Below, in pieces: positions 45,113 to 55,092 of a stretch of 64,000 bases of DNA. The notes beneath the pieces were generated by a model. The model did not search any database, was not told the DNA's origin, and saw nothing but the letters and a program-made list of their open reading frames with translations. Every line of letters begins with the position of its first letter. Position 1 is the first letter of the stretch. The stretch is from Bacillota bacterium (lineage in GTDB: Bacteria > Bacillota > Dethiobacteria > Dethiobacterales > Dethiobacteraceae), in the NCBI GenBank assembly GCA_012523945.1, contig JAAYSO010000105.1, positions 10,072 through 74,071 of the forward strand. The letters are read 5' to 3'. The translations under genes were made by a program, and so were the position numbers.

Positions 45113-47053
45113 ATGCCAACATTATTTGAGGAAGTAAAAATAGGTAATTTAGAGTTAAAAAACCGTGTTGTCATGGCGCCCATGGGCTTTGCCCATACAG
45201 ATCCTGACGGCGGCTATTCTGAACGTCAAATTGAGTATTATGTAGAGCGGGCCCGGGGCGGTTTTGGCCTCATATACCCCACGGCCACCATGGTAACAAC
45301 AGAGTTTGAACCTGCCCCCATGCCCAACGTTTTGGAAAACTATTCACAAGCAACACGTCTTGCCATTCTTTGTGAAAAAGTCCACCACTACGGAGCAAAA
45401 GTTTGTTCTCAACTGTCGCTGGGTTTAGGGCGTGTCTCCTTTATTGACCCGTATACAGCACCAAAATCAGCCAGTGAAGTCCCCTCCTTTTTCTTCCCTA
45501 ATTTAATGTGCACCCCATATACTAAAGAAGAAATTAAATTTTTAGTGGAGAAATTCGGCAATGCGGCCAGGCTGGCCAAAAACGCCGGTGTTGACGCCAT
45601 TGAAATTCATGCCTACGGCGGCTATTTAATTGACCAGTTTCTCACACCTCTGTGGAATAAGCGTACAGACGAATATGGCGGTAGTTTAGAAAACAGGCTG
45701 CGCATCGTTTACGAGCTGCGTGACGCTGTCTGGAACAATTGCGGCAAAGATTTCCCCCTCTTAATTAAATTGACGCCGGACCATAAAATTGAAGGCGGCA
45801 GGACCCTGGAGGAAGGCATTGAGATGCTGAAAGCTTTGGATGATGCCGGCTTTGCGGCTTTTCATTTGGACCTGGGTACATATGAATGCTGGTATAATGC
45901 CGTAACAACAGTGTACCAGGAAGAAGGCGTGCAGCTCTACCTGGCAGAAGCAGCCAAAAAAGCCGGCATTAAAACACCACTTTTTGTACAAGGCAAACTG
46001 GGCGATCCTGTTCTGGCAGAAAAAGTCGTCAGCACCGGCCTTGCTGAACTGATAGGGTTGGGGCACCCGTCTTTAACGGATCCTCATTGGCCTGCCAAAG
46101 TACAACAGGGGCGTTTTGAAGATATTGTTCCTTGTATTGGCTGTAATGAATGTATTTATACTAATCTGATGAACCAGAGATTTGCCTGCGCCGTTAATCC
46201 GCGCATGGGTATGGAGCGAGATTACAATTTATCACCTGCCAACGAAAAGCTGTCCGTCCTGGTTGTGGGAGCGGGTCCGGGGGGAATTACAGCTGCCATT
46301 ACTGCGGCCGAGCGCGGTTTTGAAGTGGAACTGTGGGAAAAATCAAATCGCCTGGGAGGTACTCTGGTAGCAGCCGGTGTGCCTAAATTCAAAGAAGCAG
46401 TGGCCAAATATGTAGAATATTTAAGGACACAGTTATATAAAAGAAATGTTAAGGTACGCCTCAACAAAACTGCAACTACTGAAGAAATCTTAAAGAAAAA
46501 CCCGGATGCAGTAATCATTGCCGGCGGGGCCAAACCTATTATCCCGCAAATTCCCGGCAGGGAAAAAATGCATGTGGTAGAAGCCACACAGATGCTGTTG
46601 CAAGGCGACTGCCCGGGAGAAAAAATTGTGGTTTTAGGCGGTGGTCTGGTTGGCTGTGAGGCTGCTCTACATCTGGAGAATTTAGGTAAGAAGGTCACCA
46701 TTGTAGAAAAACTGGATGATATCCTGCAGACGGTAAAACATGCAACGAATAATGACCAGGCTTTAAGACATTTACTCTCTGAATCAAATATTACCATTCA
46801 TACCGGGGCACTTTTGTCAGCCATTGATACCGGTAAAGTCACTATCGAAAAAGACGGACAAAAAACCGATCTGCCCTGTGATACATTAATTATTGCCATC
46901 GGTTATCATGCTGATAAAAGTCTGGCACAATCTCTGAAAGGGAAAATAGATAAAGTCTTTACCATCGGTGATAATTTAAGACCGGCCAAAGTCATTGATG
47001 CCGTCCATGAGGGCTTCCATACAGCAAGACTTCTGGAAGAGCTGACAACATAA
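45113..47053 (+). CDS. 2-enoate reductase / 2,4-dienoyl-CoA reductase-like flavoenzyme (OYE FMN domain, 4Fe-4S, FAD/NAD(P) domain)
   Basis: 646 aa. OYE-like N-terminus LKNRVVMAPM...HAYGGYLIDQF, Cys cluster CIGCNECI...C, dinucleotide motifs VVGAGPGG and VLGGGLVGCE. RBS AAGGAG. Confidence 0.85.
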   Translation: MPTLFEEVKIGNLELKNRVVMAPMGFAHTDPDGGYSERQIEYYVERARGGFGLIYPTATMVTTEFEPAPMPNVLENYSQATRLAILCEKVHHYGAKVCSQLSLGLGRVSFIDPYTAPKSASEVPSFFFPNLMCTPYTKEEIKFLVEKFGNAARLAKNAGVDAIEIHAYGGYLIDQFLTPLWNKRTDEYGGSLENRLRIVYELRDAVWNNCGKDFPLLIKLTPDHKIEGGRTLEEGIEMLKALDDAGFAAFHLDLGTYECWYNAVTTVYQEEGVQLYLAEAAKKAGIKTPLFVQGKLGDPVLAEKVVSTGLAELIGLGHPSLTDPHWPAKVQQGRFEDIVPCIGCNECIYTNLMNQRFACAVNPRMGMERDYNLSPANEKLSVLVVGAGPGGITAAITAAERGFEVELWEKSNRLGGTLVAAGVPKFKEAVAKYVEYLRTQLYKRNVKVRLNKTATTEEILKKNPDAVIIAGGAKPIIPQIPGREKMHVVEATQMLLQGDCPGEKIVVLGGGLVGCEAALHLENLGKKVTIVEKLDDILQTVKHATNNDQALRHLLSESNITIHTGALLSAIDTGKVTIEKDGQKTDLPCDTLIIAIGYHADKSLAQSLKGKIDKVFTIGDNLRPAKVIDAVHEGFHTARLLEELTT

Positions 47054-47057
47054 AATA

Positions 47058-47090
47058 AAGAGTGCCTGCCATTTCGGCAGGCACTTTTGT
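47058..47090. terminator. Bidirectional terminator between convergent genes
   Basis: aaagagtgcctgcc-atttc-ggcaggcactttt. Confidence 0.6.
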
Positions 47091-47091
47091 T

Positions 47092-48783
47092 TTAGCTAAA
47101 CCAAAAGCCATGATAATAAACATTGTTATAAGTATTGACATAAACGTAAACAAAGGGAAAATAAACCAGCCAGGTATTATTTCCGATATACGTAATTGGG
47201 CTTAAATTTAATTCGGCCAAAATGTCGTTTTCATCAAAGGCGTAAGGATAGCGGGACGTTTCCGTCAGCAGCGACAGCTGTAAAAAGACATTGGCACTTA
47301 AATCCTTACTAAAACTATAAGCCAGCTGCGAAAAATCAGCCAAAAGGCTGTCCCTGCCCACCACTTCCGCTTCTAAATATGCTTCCAGGTCACGTTCAAA
47401 CATAAAAAACTCAATGAAAACAATACCGCTTTCCCCTGCACTGACATGAATATCCTCAAGGCCAATCTTTTTGCCGTTAAGAGTAATTGCCTGGTATTGG
47501 CGCAATAAGCGCTCCTTAAATTGTTTGAGATCAGGAGTTTCCTTGGCTAAAAATTCCGCCACAGTTAAGTTTAAATCTGTGTTAACTTCAAAAATTTTCT
47601 CAATGGGAATGGCAAAACCAAGATTCTCTCCCCCATGCATGGCGGCATAAGTGATCCCGATAACTTCACCATTTTTATTAATGAGGGCACCGCCGCTGCT
47701 TCCGGGGCTGATGGGAGCAGTGATTTGGATCCCGGTGGTTCTAATGCCACTAATAATGCCCTCCGAAACAGTGTTGGCAAGCCCCAAGGGACTGCCGATG
47801 GCATAGATGGGTTGTCCCACTTTAATACTGCTACTGTCACCAAGGGGTAAAAATGCCCCATTTTTTTTCTCTATGGATAAAATGGCAATATCCAAATCTT
47901 TATCATATCCTTTAATAGTAACCTCGCCGGTATAAGCACTGCCATTACTGTTGATAATTCTGATTTTTTGTGCCTTGTCTATGACATGGTAATTGGTAAC
48001 AATGGTACCACGCTGATCAATATAAAAACCGCTGCCGCTTTTAGAGCCGCCCTTTGTTTCAACTTCCAGGTAAACACAAGCTTGCATTAAACTTTCAAAA
48101 TCAAGCTCCCCGGCATCATCTTTGCGGTTCCCGCCGGCAAATACGGCCTGTGCCTTGATGGGATCGATGCTTCCCTTTTGTACCAAGTAATCAATTAATC
48201 TGTTCTCAGAACCTTTACGGTACGCATTTAAAGCATCATAGGACGTTTTTGCCATATGGTCCCGCAAAAATGTTTGTGAACTTAATTCAAAATACAGACT
48301 TTCACTGATAATGCCTTTTTCCAAGGCAAACTCAGTGGCTTCTTTCCAGGAGAAATCTCCATGCTGGTCACTGTATCCCAGTGCCCGCAGTAAAAAGGTT
48401 AAATACGATTTGGCGTCAATTAAATTATTTGAACCAAATTTAGTTTTACTGACTCCCTTGGTCAGACCGTTCTCATAAGCATATTGAACATATCCTTTGC
48501 CCCAGTTAGGAACATCTTCAAAAGGAAAAGTAAAGACAGTAATACGACTTGCTTCTTCTTCCGCCCCTAAAAGCCTGATGAGCATAACCAGCCCTTCGAG
48601 CCGGGTAGGTTCCCGCTCCAAATCGAAACTTCCACCTGTGCCGCGGAAAACATTAATTTTTGCCAGTCTTTCAGCATAATCCTGATACTTGGCGGCAAAA
48701 GCAGGAGCAGATAAAAAATTACTGCATAGAAACACAGCAATTAACAAAAAAATCATGCCCACAAATTTTCTCTTTCTGTACAT
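47092..48783 (-). CDS. Secreted SLH-repeat protein with a trypsin-like (S1C/HtrA-type) serine protease domain
   Basis: 563 aa. Signal peptide. SLH-like repeats (FEDVPNWGKGYVQYAYENGLTKG...). Protease motifs TNYHV...DIAIL...GSSGGALINKNGEVIGI. The C-terminal ~170 aa are unassigned. Confidence 0.75.
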   Translation of the reverse strand: MYRKRKFVGMIFLLIAVFLCSNFLSAPAFAAKYQDYAERLAKINVFRGTGGSFDLEREPTRLEGLVMLIRLLGAEEEASRITVFTFPFEDVPNWGKGYVQYAYENGLTKGVSKTKFGSNNLIDAKSYLTFLLRALGYSDQHGDFSWKEATEFALEKGIISESLYFELSSQTFLRDHMAKTSYDALNAYRKGSENRLIDYLVQKGSIDPIKAQAVFAGGNRKDDAGELDFESLMQACVYLEVETKGGSKSGSGFYIDQRGTIVTNYHVIDKAQKIRIINSNGSAYTGEVTIKGYDKDLDIAILSIEKKNGAFLPLGDSSSIKVGQPIYAIGSPLGLANTVSEGIISGIRTTGIQITAPISPGSSGGALINKNGEVIGITYAAMHGGENLGFAIPIEKIFEVNTDLNLTVAEFLAKETPDLKQFKERLLRQYQAITLNGKKIGLEDIHVSAGESGIVFIEFFMFERDLEAYLEAEVVGRDSLLADFSQLAYSFSKDLSANVFLQLSLLTETSRYPYAFDENDILAELNLSPITYIGNNTWLVYFPFVYVYVNTYNNVYYHGFWFS

Positions 48784-48885
48784 AAAAATTTCCCCTCATT
48801 AATCTTGCAAAATAAAGTAAATACTATAATTTCAGTATACCATTATTTTTCCAAACTTGCCAAAAGATTTTACCGTATAAAAACG

Positions 48886-48912
48886 AAAAGCTCCCCTACC
48901 CGGGAGCCCCTG
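48886..48912 (-). terminator. Probable terminator after apt
   Basis: gctccc/gggagc stem, followed on the minus strand by TTTTCGTTTTT. Confidence 0.4.
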
Positions 48913-48918
48913 CTATAG

Positions 48919-49437
48919 TTATTCCTGGAACTTAACAATGGAGTGTACATGGTAACCCTTTAATTTTTCCCTGCCATGCAGGTACTCCAACTCGATCAGA
49001 TAAATAATGCCGGTAACAATTCCGCCCAACTGTTCTACCAGCTTAATATTTGAAATTGTGGTGCCGCCTGTAGCCAGCAAATCATCGACAATAAGTACTT
49101 TTTGCCCCTCTTTAATTGCATCTGCGTGCATTTCCATAATATCTGTACCATATTCCAATTCATATTCAACTTCTATGGTTTTATAAGGTAATTTGCCTCT
49201 TTTGCGGATGGGGACAAAACCTTTATTTAATAAATAAGCCATGGGAGCACCGAAAATAAAGCCTCTGGACTCAGGACCCACAATAATATCAAAATCAATA
49301 TCTTTTGCTGCTGCCAACAATTGATCCATGGCATATTTAAAGGCATCTTTATCCTGTAAAACAGTAGTAATATCAATAAAGTCCACGCCTTTTTTCGGGA
49401 AATCCATCACATGTCTTAATTTTGCTTTTAAGTCCAT
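48919..49437 (-). CDS. apt: Adenine phosphoribosyltransferase
   Basis: Motifs MDLKAKLRHVMDFPKKGVDFIDIT and PRPP loop VLIVDDLLATGGT. I prefer the ATG at 49437 (RBS GAGAGG) over the TTG at 49446. Confidence 0.9.
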   Translation of the reverse strand: MDLKAKLRHVMDFPKKGVDFIDITTVLQDKDAFKYAMDQLLAAAKDIDFDIIVGPESRGFIFGAPMAYLLNKGFVPIRKRGKLPYKTIEVEYELEYGTDIMEMHADAIKEGQKVLIVDDLLATGGTTISNIKLVEQLGGIVTGIIYLIELEYLHGREKLKGYHVHSIVKFQE

Positions 49438-49575
49438 AGAAAGCAACCTCTCTTCTTTATAAAATTATCAATTTTTGTCCTCATGCCTGCTTAATGTCTG
49501 CAGTATTGATCCTAATAATCCATTTTTAGCATAAACAACAATCTTACTAATGTCAAATCAAAGCGACGGCAAAAT

Positions 49576-50856
49576 TTACTTTTCTTTAAGTATGTAGGCG
49601 CCATAATGCTCTAATTTTTCACTGACGGCTCCGGCGGCACCTGTAAACATAACACCGGCCCTGCCCGGATAATATCTTAAAAACTCCGTTAAAACTTGTG
49701 GCTGTTGAGACTTTATTACTACAGGTACCTTCACGGAAAAGCTAAAGCTGCTGACAAATTCCCATAAATCAAGTTCACCGTAAGCACCAAAATCAAGCAA
49801 GAGATAATCTATTTCCCCCGTCTCATAGCCTTGAGCAATTTCAATCAGGTTATTAAGACCGCCTGGTTTTGCTATAAAATCTTCTACAGCAAGTTTTTGC
49901 ACGGCAGGATCTGGGCTTTGGGAGAAATCAAAATAGCTGTATGCTGAAGCAATCAACGGGCGGTTGTTTGGTTTTAGAGGCGGTACCTGCATTTTTACCA
50001 GTTCATTTTTTAAAGCCCGGATAAATTCGGGAGTAGTCCCACAACAGCCGCCAATTAACCTGACGCCATTCTCAACAAATACTTTTGTATAGGCGGCAAA
50101 TTCTTCCGGTGTTTGCTGGTAAATTGTCTGTCCCTGTACCATTGCCGGCAGACCGGCATTGGGCTTCACCACCAGGGGAACATCAGCAACAGCAGACATT
50201 TTTTGAATAGGTGCCAATAAACTATCCGGTCCCCCGGAACAGTTTGCACCTACTACTACCGGCCCCAGCGCTTGACAAACAAGGGCACACACTTCCGGCG
50301 GATTACCGGACAGGGTGCTGCCTTTTCCGGTAAAGGTGCAAGAAGCAATTATGGGCAGATTAGTGTTTTCTTTGGCTGCCAGGATAGCTGCCCTTAATTC
50401 ACTTAAATCAGTAAAAGTTTCAAAATTAATCAGATCGGCACCGGCATCAGCGAAGGCTTTAACCTGCTCCTGAAAAATATTGTAGGCTTGATTAAATGTC
50501 AGCTCGCCCACAGGGGCAAAAAACAGGCCGGTTGGACCTACGGAAGCGGCTACAAACAAATCTTCTCCTGCAATTTCTTTAGCCAGCTTTACCCCGGCAT
50601 AATTTAGCTCGTAAACTTTTTCCGCTAAACCGTGCCCCTGCAGCGTGATCCTGTTGCCGGGGAAAGTGTTTGTTTGAATAACATCTGATCCCGCCTCCCG
50701 GTACTGACGGTAAACACTTTTTACTACCTCCGGTTTCAACAAATTCCAGGATTCGGCGGCTTCTGCTCCTTTCAGCCCCTGGGCCTGAAGCACCACACCC
50801 TTTGAACCGTCATATAACAAAACTCCCTCCTGCAGGGAGCGCGAAAATTCCTTCAT
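49576..50856 (-). CDS. Homocysteine S-methyltransferase-domain protein with an extra C-terminal region
   Basis: 426 aa. Hcy-binding domain motifs VIQTNTF...IIASCTF...IGGCCGTTP (zinc Cys ligands). The C-terminal ~130 aa are not assigned. RBS GGAGG. Confidence 0.75.
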   Translation of the reverse strand: MKEFSRSLQEGVLLYDGSKGVVLQAQGLKGAEAAESWNLLKPEVVKSVYRQYREAGSDVIQTNTFPGNRITLQGHGLAEKVYELNYAGVKLAKEIAGEDLFVAASVGPTGLFFAPVGELTFNQAYNIFQEQVKAFADAGADLINFETFTDLSELRAAILAAKENTNLPIIASCTFTGKGSTLSGNPPEVCALVCQALGPVVVGANCSGGPDSLLAPIQKMSAVADVPLVVKPNAGLPAMVQGQTIYQQTPEEFAAYTKVFVENGVRLIGGCCGTTPEFIRALKNELVKMQVPPLKPNNRPLIASAYSYFDFSQSPDPAVQKLAVEDFIAKPGGLNNLIEIAQGYETGEIDYLLLDFGAYGELDLWEFVSSFSFSVKVPVVIKSQQPQVLTEFLRYYPGRAGVMFTGAAGAVSEKLEHYGAYILKEK

Positions 50857-50915
50857 GTTAAACCTCCAAGACTGTTTCTAACTATTGGCGGAATCAAAAC
50901 AGCTTAACATCTGCC

Positions 50916-50944
50916 ATTATATCCAGATTTTGCAACATGCGCAA
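50916..50944 (-). promoter_or_regulatory. Sigma-A-type promoter for the homocysteine methyltransferase gene
   Basis: Minus strand TTGCGC, 17 nt, TATAAT. Confidence 0.45.
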
Positions 50945-51190
50945 TACTCTCTCACTGGCTATAATATAAAGATAGGGGCAGGGATAATTTTCCGGAAGAA
51001 CAGAGCGACAAATTTTGTGAGGAGTGATTCTGCAACCGTTTATGTAGAACAATTGAATAAGATGTAAAATCGAATTCCTTTGCCACAACCTGTGCCAAAC
51101 CGCAGGAAGCTGTAGTGAAATTTTTTTCGTACTAAAGCTGTGGTAAAAACATAATTTTATCTAAGAACATTAGTTAACAGAGGTGGTATT

Positions 51191-52552
51191 TTGGCTGATT
51201 TTCTGGCTGTAGCAGGATTTTTAGGTTTTTTTGCAGGCTGTTTTTTACTGGTCTATAATATGTTGAAAAAGAAAAAGAAAAAAACTGCTGTTCTAATTAT
51301 TTTCTTATCATTATTTGCCTTTGTTTTCGGTATTGCTTTTTCCGAGACGTCAAATAATGATACCGGCACCACTGCCCAACCGGTAGCATCAGAATCGCAG
51401 GAAAACGAAAACAGGATTGAAACCAATAAAGATGAACCGGACCCCGCAGCTCCTGCAGTAAACGGCACAGATCCGGGAAAAGACACAGGCGATCTTACGC
51501 CGTCTGCCCCTACAAGCGGTCTTAAAGTTCATTTTATTGATGTAGGCCAGGGTGACTCTATTTTTGTCCAAACCAAGACAAAAAATATACTTATCGATGC
51601 GGGGGAGCGCGGCAGCACGATAGTTAATTATCTACATAATCTAGGTGTTACGGAAATAGATTTGATCCTAAGTACCCACCCGCATGCTGACCATATCGGC
51701 GGATTAATTGAAGTGCTGCAATCTTTTCCGGTAAAAGAAGTTATTGACCCTGGTGTTCCCCACACGACAAAAACATTTGAAACATATCTGACTCTAATTG
51801 ATGAAAAAGAAATCAAATTTACAGAAGGGCGAGCCGGTCTCTCCCGGACGTTAGAACCCGAAATCTATATGGAAATTCTCCATCCCGCGTCCCCTTCTGA
51901 AACTAATCTTAATGATGCTTCCCTTGTGACCAGAATTATTTGCGGGCAAATTGCTTTTTTATTAACGGGAGATATTGAAATTGAGGCGGAAAAAGAAATT
52001 TTAGGCCGCAAAAGCACTCTGGGCAGCACAGTTTTAAAAATTGCCCACCACGGCAGTCGCACAAGCACATCATATGCTTTTCTGCAGGCCGTTAATCCCG
52101 AAGTTGCTGTGATCATGGCGGGCAGTAGCAATACTTATGGTCATCCACATGCAGAAATTTTGCAAAGACTCACAGAGGCCAAGGTAAAAATCTACCGTAC
52201 AGATCTCCACGGCACCATTGTCATCACCACAGACGGACAAGATTATGACATCAATATTAAGGAGCCGTACAGCTACGTTCTCCCCAAGGAACCTGCCGGA
52301 CAGGTTTCAACAACAAAACCAAAACCAACACCTGCCCCGGAAACAAAACCTGCTCCCACACCTGAAACCGAACCGGCGACTGAACCTGAACCAACCAAAA
52401 AGCTGTATGTGGGTAGCAGCAAAGCTGATAAATACCATTATCCAACCTGCAGACATGCAAAGAGAATTCTACCGGAAAATGAAGTCTGGTTTGCATCAAT
52501 ACAAGAAGCAAAAACTCAAGGTTATGTCCCCTGCGGCGTCTGCAAACCATAA
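51191..52552 (+). CDS. Membrane-anchored ComEC-C-terminal-like MBL-fold hydrolase with a Pro/Thr-rich linker and a C-terminal Cys motif domain
   Basis: 453 aa with a TTG start. TM anchor. VHFIDVGQGDS...STHPHADHIGG (MBL HxHxDH). PTPAPETKPAPTPETEP linker. C-terminal YHYPTCRHAKRI...GYVPCGVCKP. Confidence 0.8.
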   Translation: MADFLAVAGFLGFFAGCFLLVYNMLKKKKKKTAVLIIFLSLFAFVFGIAFSETSNNDTGTTAQPVASESQENENRIETNKDEPDPAAPAVNGTDPGKDTGDLTPSAPTSGLKVHFIDVGQGDSIFVQTKTKNILIDAGERGSTIVNYLHNLGVTEIDLILSTHPHADHIGGLIEVLQSFPVKEVIDPGVPHTTKTFETYLTLIDEKEIKFTEGRAGLSRTLEPEIYMEILHPASPSETNLNDASLVTRIICGQIAFLLTGDIEIEAEKEILGRKSTLGSTVLKIAHHGSRTSTSYAFLQAVNPEVAVIMAGSSNTYGHPHAEILQRLTEAKVKIYRTDLHGTIVITTDGQDYDINIKEPYSYVLPKEPAGQVSTTKPKPTPAPETKPAPTPETEPATEPEPTKKLYVGSSKADKYHYPTCRHAKRILPENEVWFASIQEAKTQGYVPCGVCKP

Positions 52553-52585
52553 CAAAACAGACAAAAAAGTAAAGGAGGCAAAAAG

Positions 52586-52807
52586 ATGAAAGCTGTAATT
52601 GATCGTTTTGAAGAAGATTATGCGGTGGTACTCTTTGGTGATGAGGAAATCAAAATAAATATTCCGCAAAAACTGCTTCCGCCCGGTGCTCAAGAAGGCA
52701 GTTGGCTGCAGGTCTCCTTTACCCTGGATCCGGAAGGAACACAAAAACAAAAAGAGAAAATCACTAATTTATTAAACAAACTGAAAAACAAAAATTTTAA
52801 TCAGTAA
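52586..52807 (+). CDS. DUF3006-family small protein
   Basis: 73 aa. MKAVIDRFEEDYAVVLFGDEE...GSWL pattern. RBS AAAGGAGG. A typical neighbour of ComEC-like MBL genes. Confidence 0.7.
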   Translation: MKAVIDRFEEDYAVVLFGDEEIKINIPQKLLPPGAQEGSWLQVSFTLDPEGTQKQKEKITNLLNKLKNKNFNQ

Positions 52808-53453
52808 GCTCCCAGACAAAAGTAACCGCATCACTGACATTAATCTCATCCGGTTCAATCTCCGGCACAGAAGCTTCTGCCAAAACATAAGGGTTATCTT
52901 CCATAATATATCTTGTGGATGAATAAAGCTGGATTTCACTCCAGTTATAGTCGATACTTAGCAGTTTACCCAGGGAAACCCCCGCCGCTTTGGTCAGGAT
53001 TTCTGCCTTTTGCCGGGCATTCTCCGTTGCCTTAACAAGCAGCTTTTCCTGTACGGCAGTTTTGTCTTTAACGGTAAACTTAAGCTCTAATTGCGGGTTC
53101 ACAGGCGCCTGGGCAATGGCGGCAAGCACTGCCGGCAAAAGCGTCAGATCATAAGCAAACTCAAGTTTTAATTCCTGCTCACAGAGATACCCGACGAATT
53201 TACTTTTATAATTACCGGCATGATCATAAGCTTTTTCATAATGTATGTCCAGGGAAAAGTTTGTTGTTTTTAAATCCTCCTTGGTAAAACCTACTGCCTG
53301 GATTGCTTCCTGCAAAGCTTTCACGGATTGCGCAGCAAGTTCCATTGTTTCCTGATAATCCGGTCGCAAAGAAGAAAGCTCCATCTTTACCACAATTAAA
53401 TCCGGCTTAACACTAATCTTACCTACACCTTTAACCGTAAGCTTACGTTTCAT
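52797..53453 (-). CDS. SIMPL-domain (DUF541) protein
   Basis: 218 aa. LTVKGVGKISVKPDLIVVKMEL... pattern. RBS GAAGGGAG. 11-nt convergent overlap with the DUF3006 gene. Confidence 0.75.
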   Translation of the reverse strand: MKRKLTVKGVGKISVKPDLIVVKMELSSLRPDYQETMELAAQSVKALQEAIQAVGFTKEDLKTTNFSLDIHYEKAYDHAGNYKSKFVGYLCEQELKLEFAYDLTLLPAVLAAIAQAPVNPQLELKFTVKDKTAVQEKLLVKATENARQKAEILTKAAGVSLGKLLSIDYNWSEIQLYSSTRYIMEDNPYVLAEASVPEIEPDEINVSDAVTFVWELTD

Positions 53454-53491
53454 GGCATCTCCCTTCTAGTTTACCCGGTGGTAATTTTTTG

Positions 53492-53530
53492 AAAGAACCA
53501 GCCAAAGGATGTTCCCTTGGCTGGTTCTTT
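53492..53530 (-). terminator. Hairpin terminator after tyrS
   Basis: aaagaaccagccaa / ttggctggttcttt 14-bp stem that touches the tyrS stop codon. The U tract on the minus strand is short. Confidence 0.5.
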
Positions 53531-54753
53531 TATTGCAAGATAGCCTTATGATAAGTTTTTTTACCTTTGCGCAGTTTCACACCTGCTTGCAGCTGTTCTG
53601 CCGTAACGAGAGTATCTACGGAAGCCACTTTGACATCATCAACAGAGACGCCCCCCTGCTGCACCAGGCGTCTGGCTTCACTTTTTGATTTCGTCAACCC
53701 GGTTGCTACCAACAAATCAATAATACTGATGGCCCCGTCAGTAAGATCAGTCCCTGCGATTTCTGTTGTGGGCATGGTAGCACTGTCAGCACCGCTGACA
53801 AAAAGGGCATAAGCTGCATCTTTTGCTTTTTGGGCTTCTTCCTCACCGTGTACCATTTTTGTCAGCTCAAAAGCCAGAATGGTTTTAGCCTCATTTAATT
53901 GGCTACCTTCCCATGCCGCCATTTCTTCAATTTGTTCAAGAGGTAAGAAAGTCAGCATCCGCAGGCAGTTAATCACATCGGCATCATCCACATTGCGCCA
54001 GTACTGGTAAAAATCATAAGGAGATGTTTTTTCCGGATCAAGCCAGACGGCACCTTTGGCTGTTTTGCCCATTTTTTGACCTTCTGCAGTCATTAAAAGC
54101 GGCACCGTCATAGCATAAGCGTCTTTGCCCAGTTTGCGGCGGATCAGCTCTGTCCCCGCCAGCATATTGGACCACTGATCATCGCCGCCAAACTGCATAT
54201 TGCAGCCATAATGCCGGAACAGGTAGTAGAAATCGTAAGCCTGCATAATCATATAGTTAAACTCCAAAAAGGAGAGACCTTTTTCCATCCGCTGTTTATA
54301 GCATTCGGCGCGCAGCATGGTATTCACGGAAAAATGGGGACCCACTTCCCGCAAAAATTCAATATAATTGAGTTTTAAAAGCCAATCGGCGTTATTGACC
54401 ATAATGGCTTTGCCCTCGCCAAACTCAATGAATTTTTCCATCTGCTTTTTAAAACATTGACAGTTATATTCTATGTCTTTCGGTGTCATTAATTGACGCA
54501 GATCGGTACGTCCGGAAGGATCACCAATATAGCCGGTTCCACCCCCGATCAGGACCACAGGTGTGTTACCTGCCATTTGCAAACGTTTCATCAGGCTCAA
54601 CTGCAGAAAATGCCCTACGTGCAAAGAGTCGGCAGTAGGATCAAAACCAATATAAAAAGTTGCTTTGCCCTCATTAACAAGACTTTTAATTTCCTCCTCA
54701 TCTGTCACCTGGGCTATTAAACCGCGAGCCGCCAGTTCTTCATAGACTTGCAT
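53530..54753 (-). CDS. tyrS: Tyrosine-tRNA ligase
   Basis: 407 aa. HIGH motif (DSLHVGH), KMSKS-type KMGKT, C-terminal S4-like domain. RBS GGAGGG. Preceded by a Tyr T-box. Confidence 0.95.
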   Translation of the reverse strand: MQVYEELAARGLIAQVTDEEEIKSLVNEGKATFYIGFDPTADSLHVGHFLQLSLMKRLQMAGNTPVVLIGGGTGYIGDPSGRTDLRQLMTPKDIEYNCQCFKKQMEKFIEFGEGKAIMVNNADWLLKLNYIEFLREVGPHFSVNTMLRAECYKQRMEKGLSFLEFNYMIMQAYDFYYLFRHYGCNMQFGGDDQWSNMLAGTELIRRKLGKDAYAMTVPLLMTAEGQKMGKTAKGAVWLDPEKTSPYDFYQYWRNVDDADVINCLRMLTFLPLEQIEEMAAWEGSQLNEAKTILAFELTKMVHGEEEAQKAKDAAYALFVSGADSATMPTTEIAGTDLTDGAISIIDLLVATGLTKSKSEARRLVQQGGVSVDDVKVASVDTLVTAEQLQAGVKLRKGKKTYHKAILQ

Positions 54754-54774
54754 TTAAACACCCTCCTACTATAA

Positions 54775-55030
54775 GTTAAGCCCTCTGTTCCGGACGGAAC
54801 AGAGGGCAAAGATTGCGGTACCACCTCTGTGACGGAAATTCCTCACGAAATTTCCCTCAGTGAGTGTAAGTAAATACACTCTGACGCTGTAGCGGGCGCA
54901 CCCGGCAAACCCTACTGTTATTTCAGGCTGCAGCTCCGGGATGTATTCGTTTCAGTACATCTGTATCCTTACACCTGCCGGATACTCTCTGTGAAGATGT
55001 TAACTGAACTACTTCTTCCCTTCATTACTT
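54775..55030 (-). promoter_or_regulatory. T-box leader with Tyr (UAC) specifier controlling tyrS
   Basis: On the minus strand: ATGAAGGGAAGAAGTAG, CAGAGAGT...GGTGTAA, and specifier GAA-TAC-A. T-box sequence is AGAGGTGGTACCGCAATC. A 12-bp GC-rich hairpin gccctctgttcc/ggaacagagggc follows. Confidence 0.85.
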
Positions 55031-55061
55031 GCCAGAATTAATTTTTTTCATGTTAGCCTTT

Positions 55062-55090
55062 ATTATACTTTTTTCTTGTTAAAGATGCAA
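55062..55090 (-). promoter_or_regulatory. Sigma-A-type promoter for the tyrS T-box leader
   Basis: Minus strand TTGCAT, 17 nt, TATAAT. It starts 3 nt after the GRE-2 stop codon. Confidence 0.5.
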
Positions 55091-55092
55091 GT

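Noticed and set aside
46222-46797. 191-aa minus-strand ORF inside the enoate-reductase-like gene. Similar cases are 60539-61096, 57043-57534, 55522-55908, 5344-5823 and 3692-4135
   Set aside because: All are antisense or out-of-frame shadows of long CDSs with clear motifs. None has a Shine-Dalgarno sequence or recognisable domains.
50857-51190. Possible SAM or cobalamin riboswitch upstream of the homocysteine methyltransferase gene
   Set aside because: The predicted promoter (50916-50944) leaves only about a 60-nt leader. I found no SAM-I/II signature and no B12 box (agccagtg is only a near match to GCCACTG).
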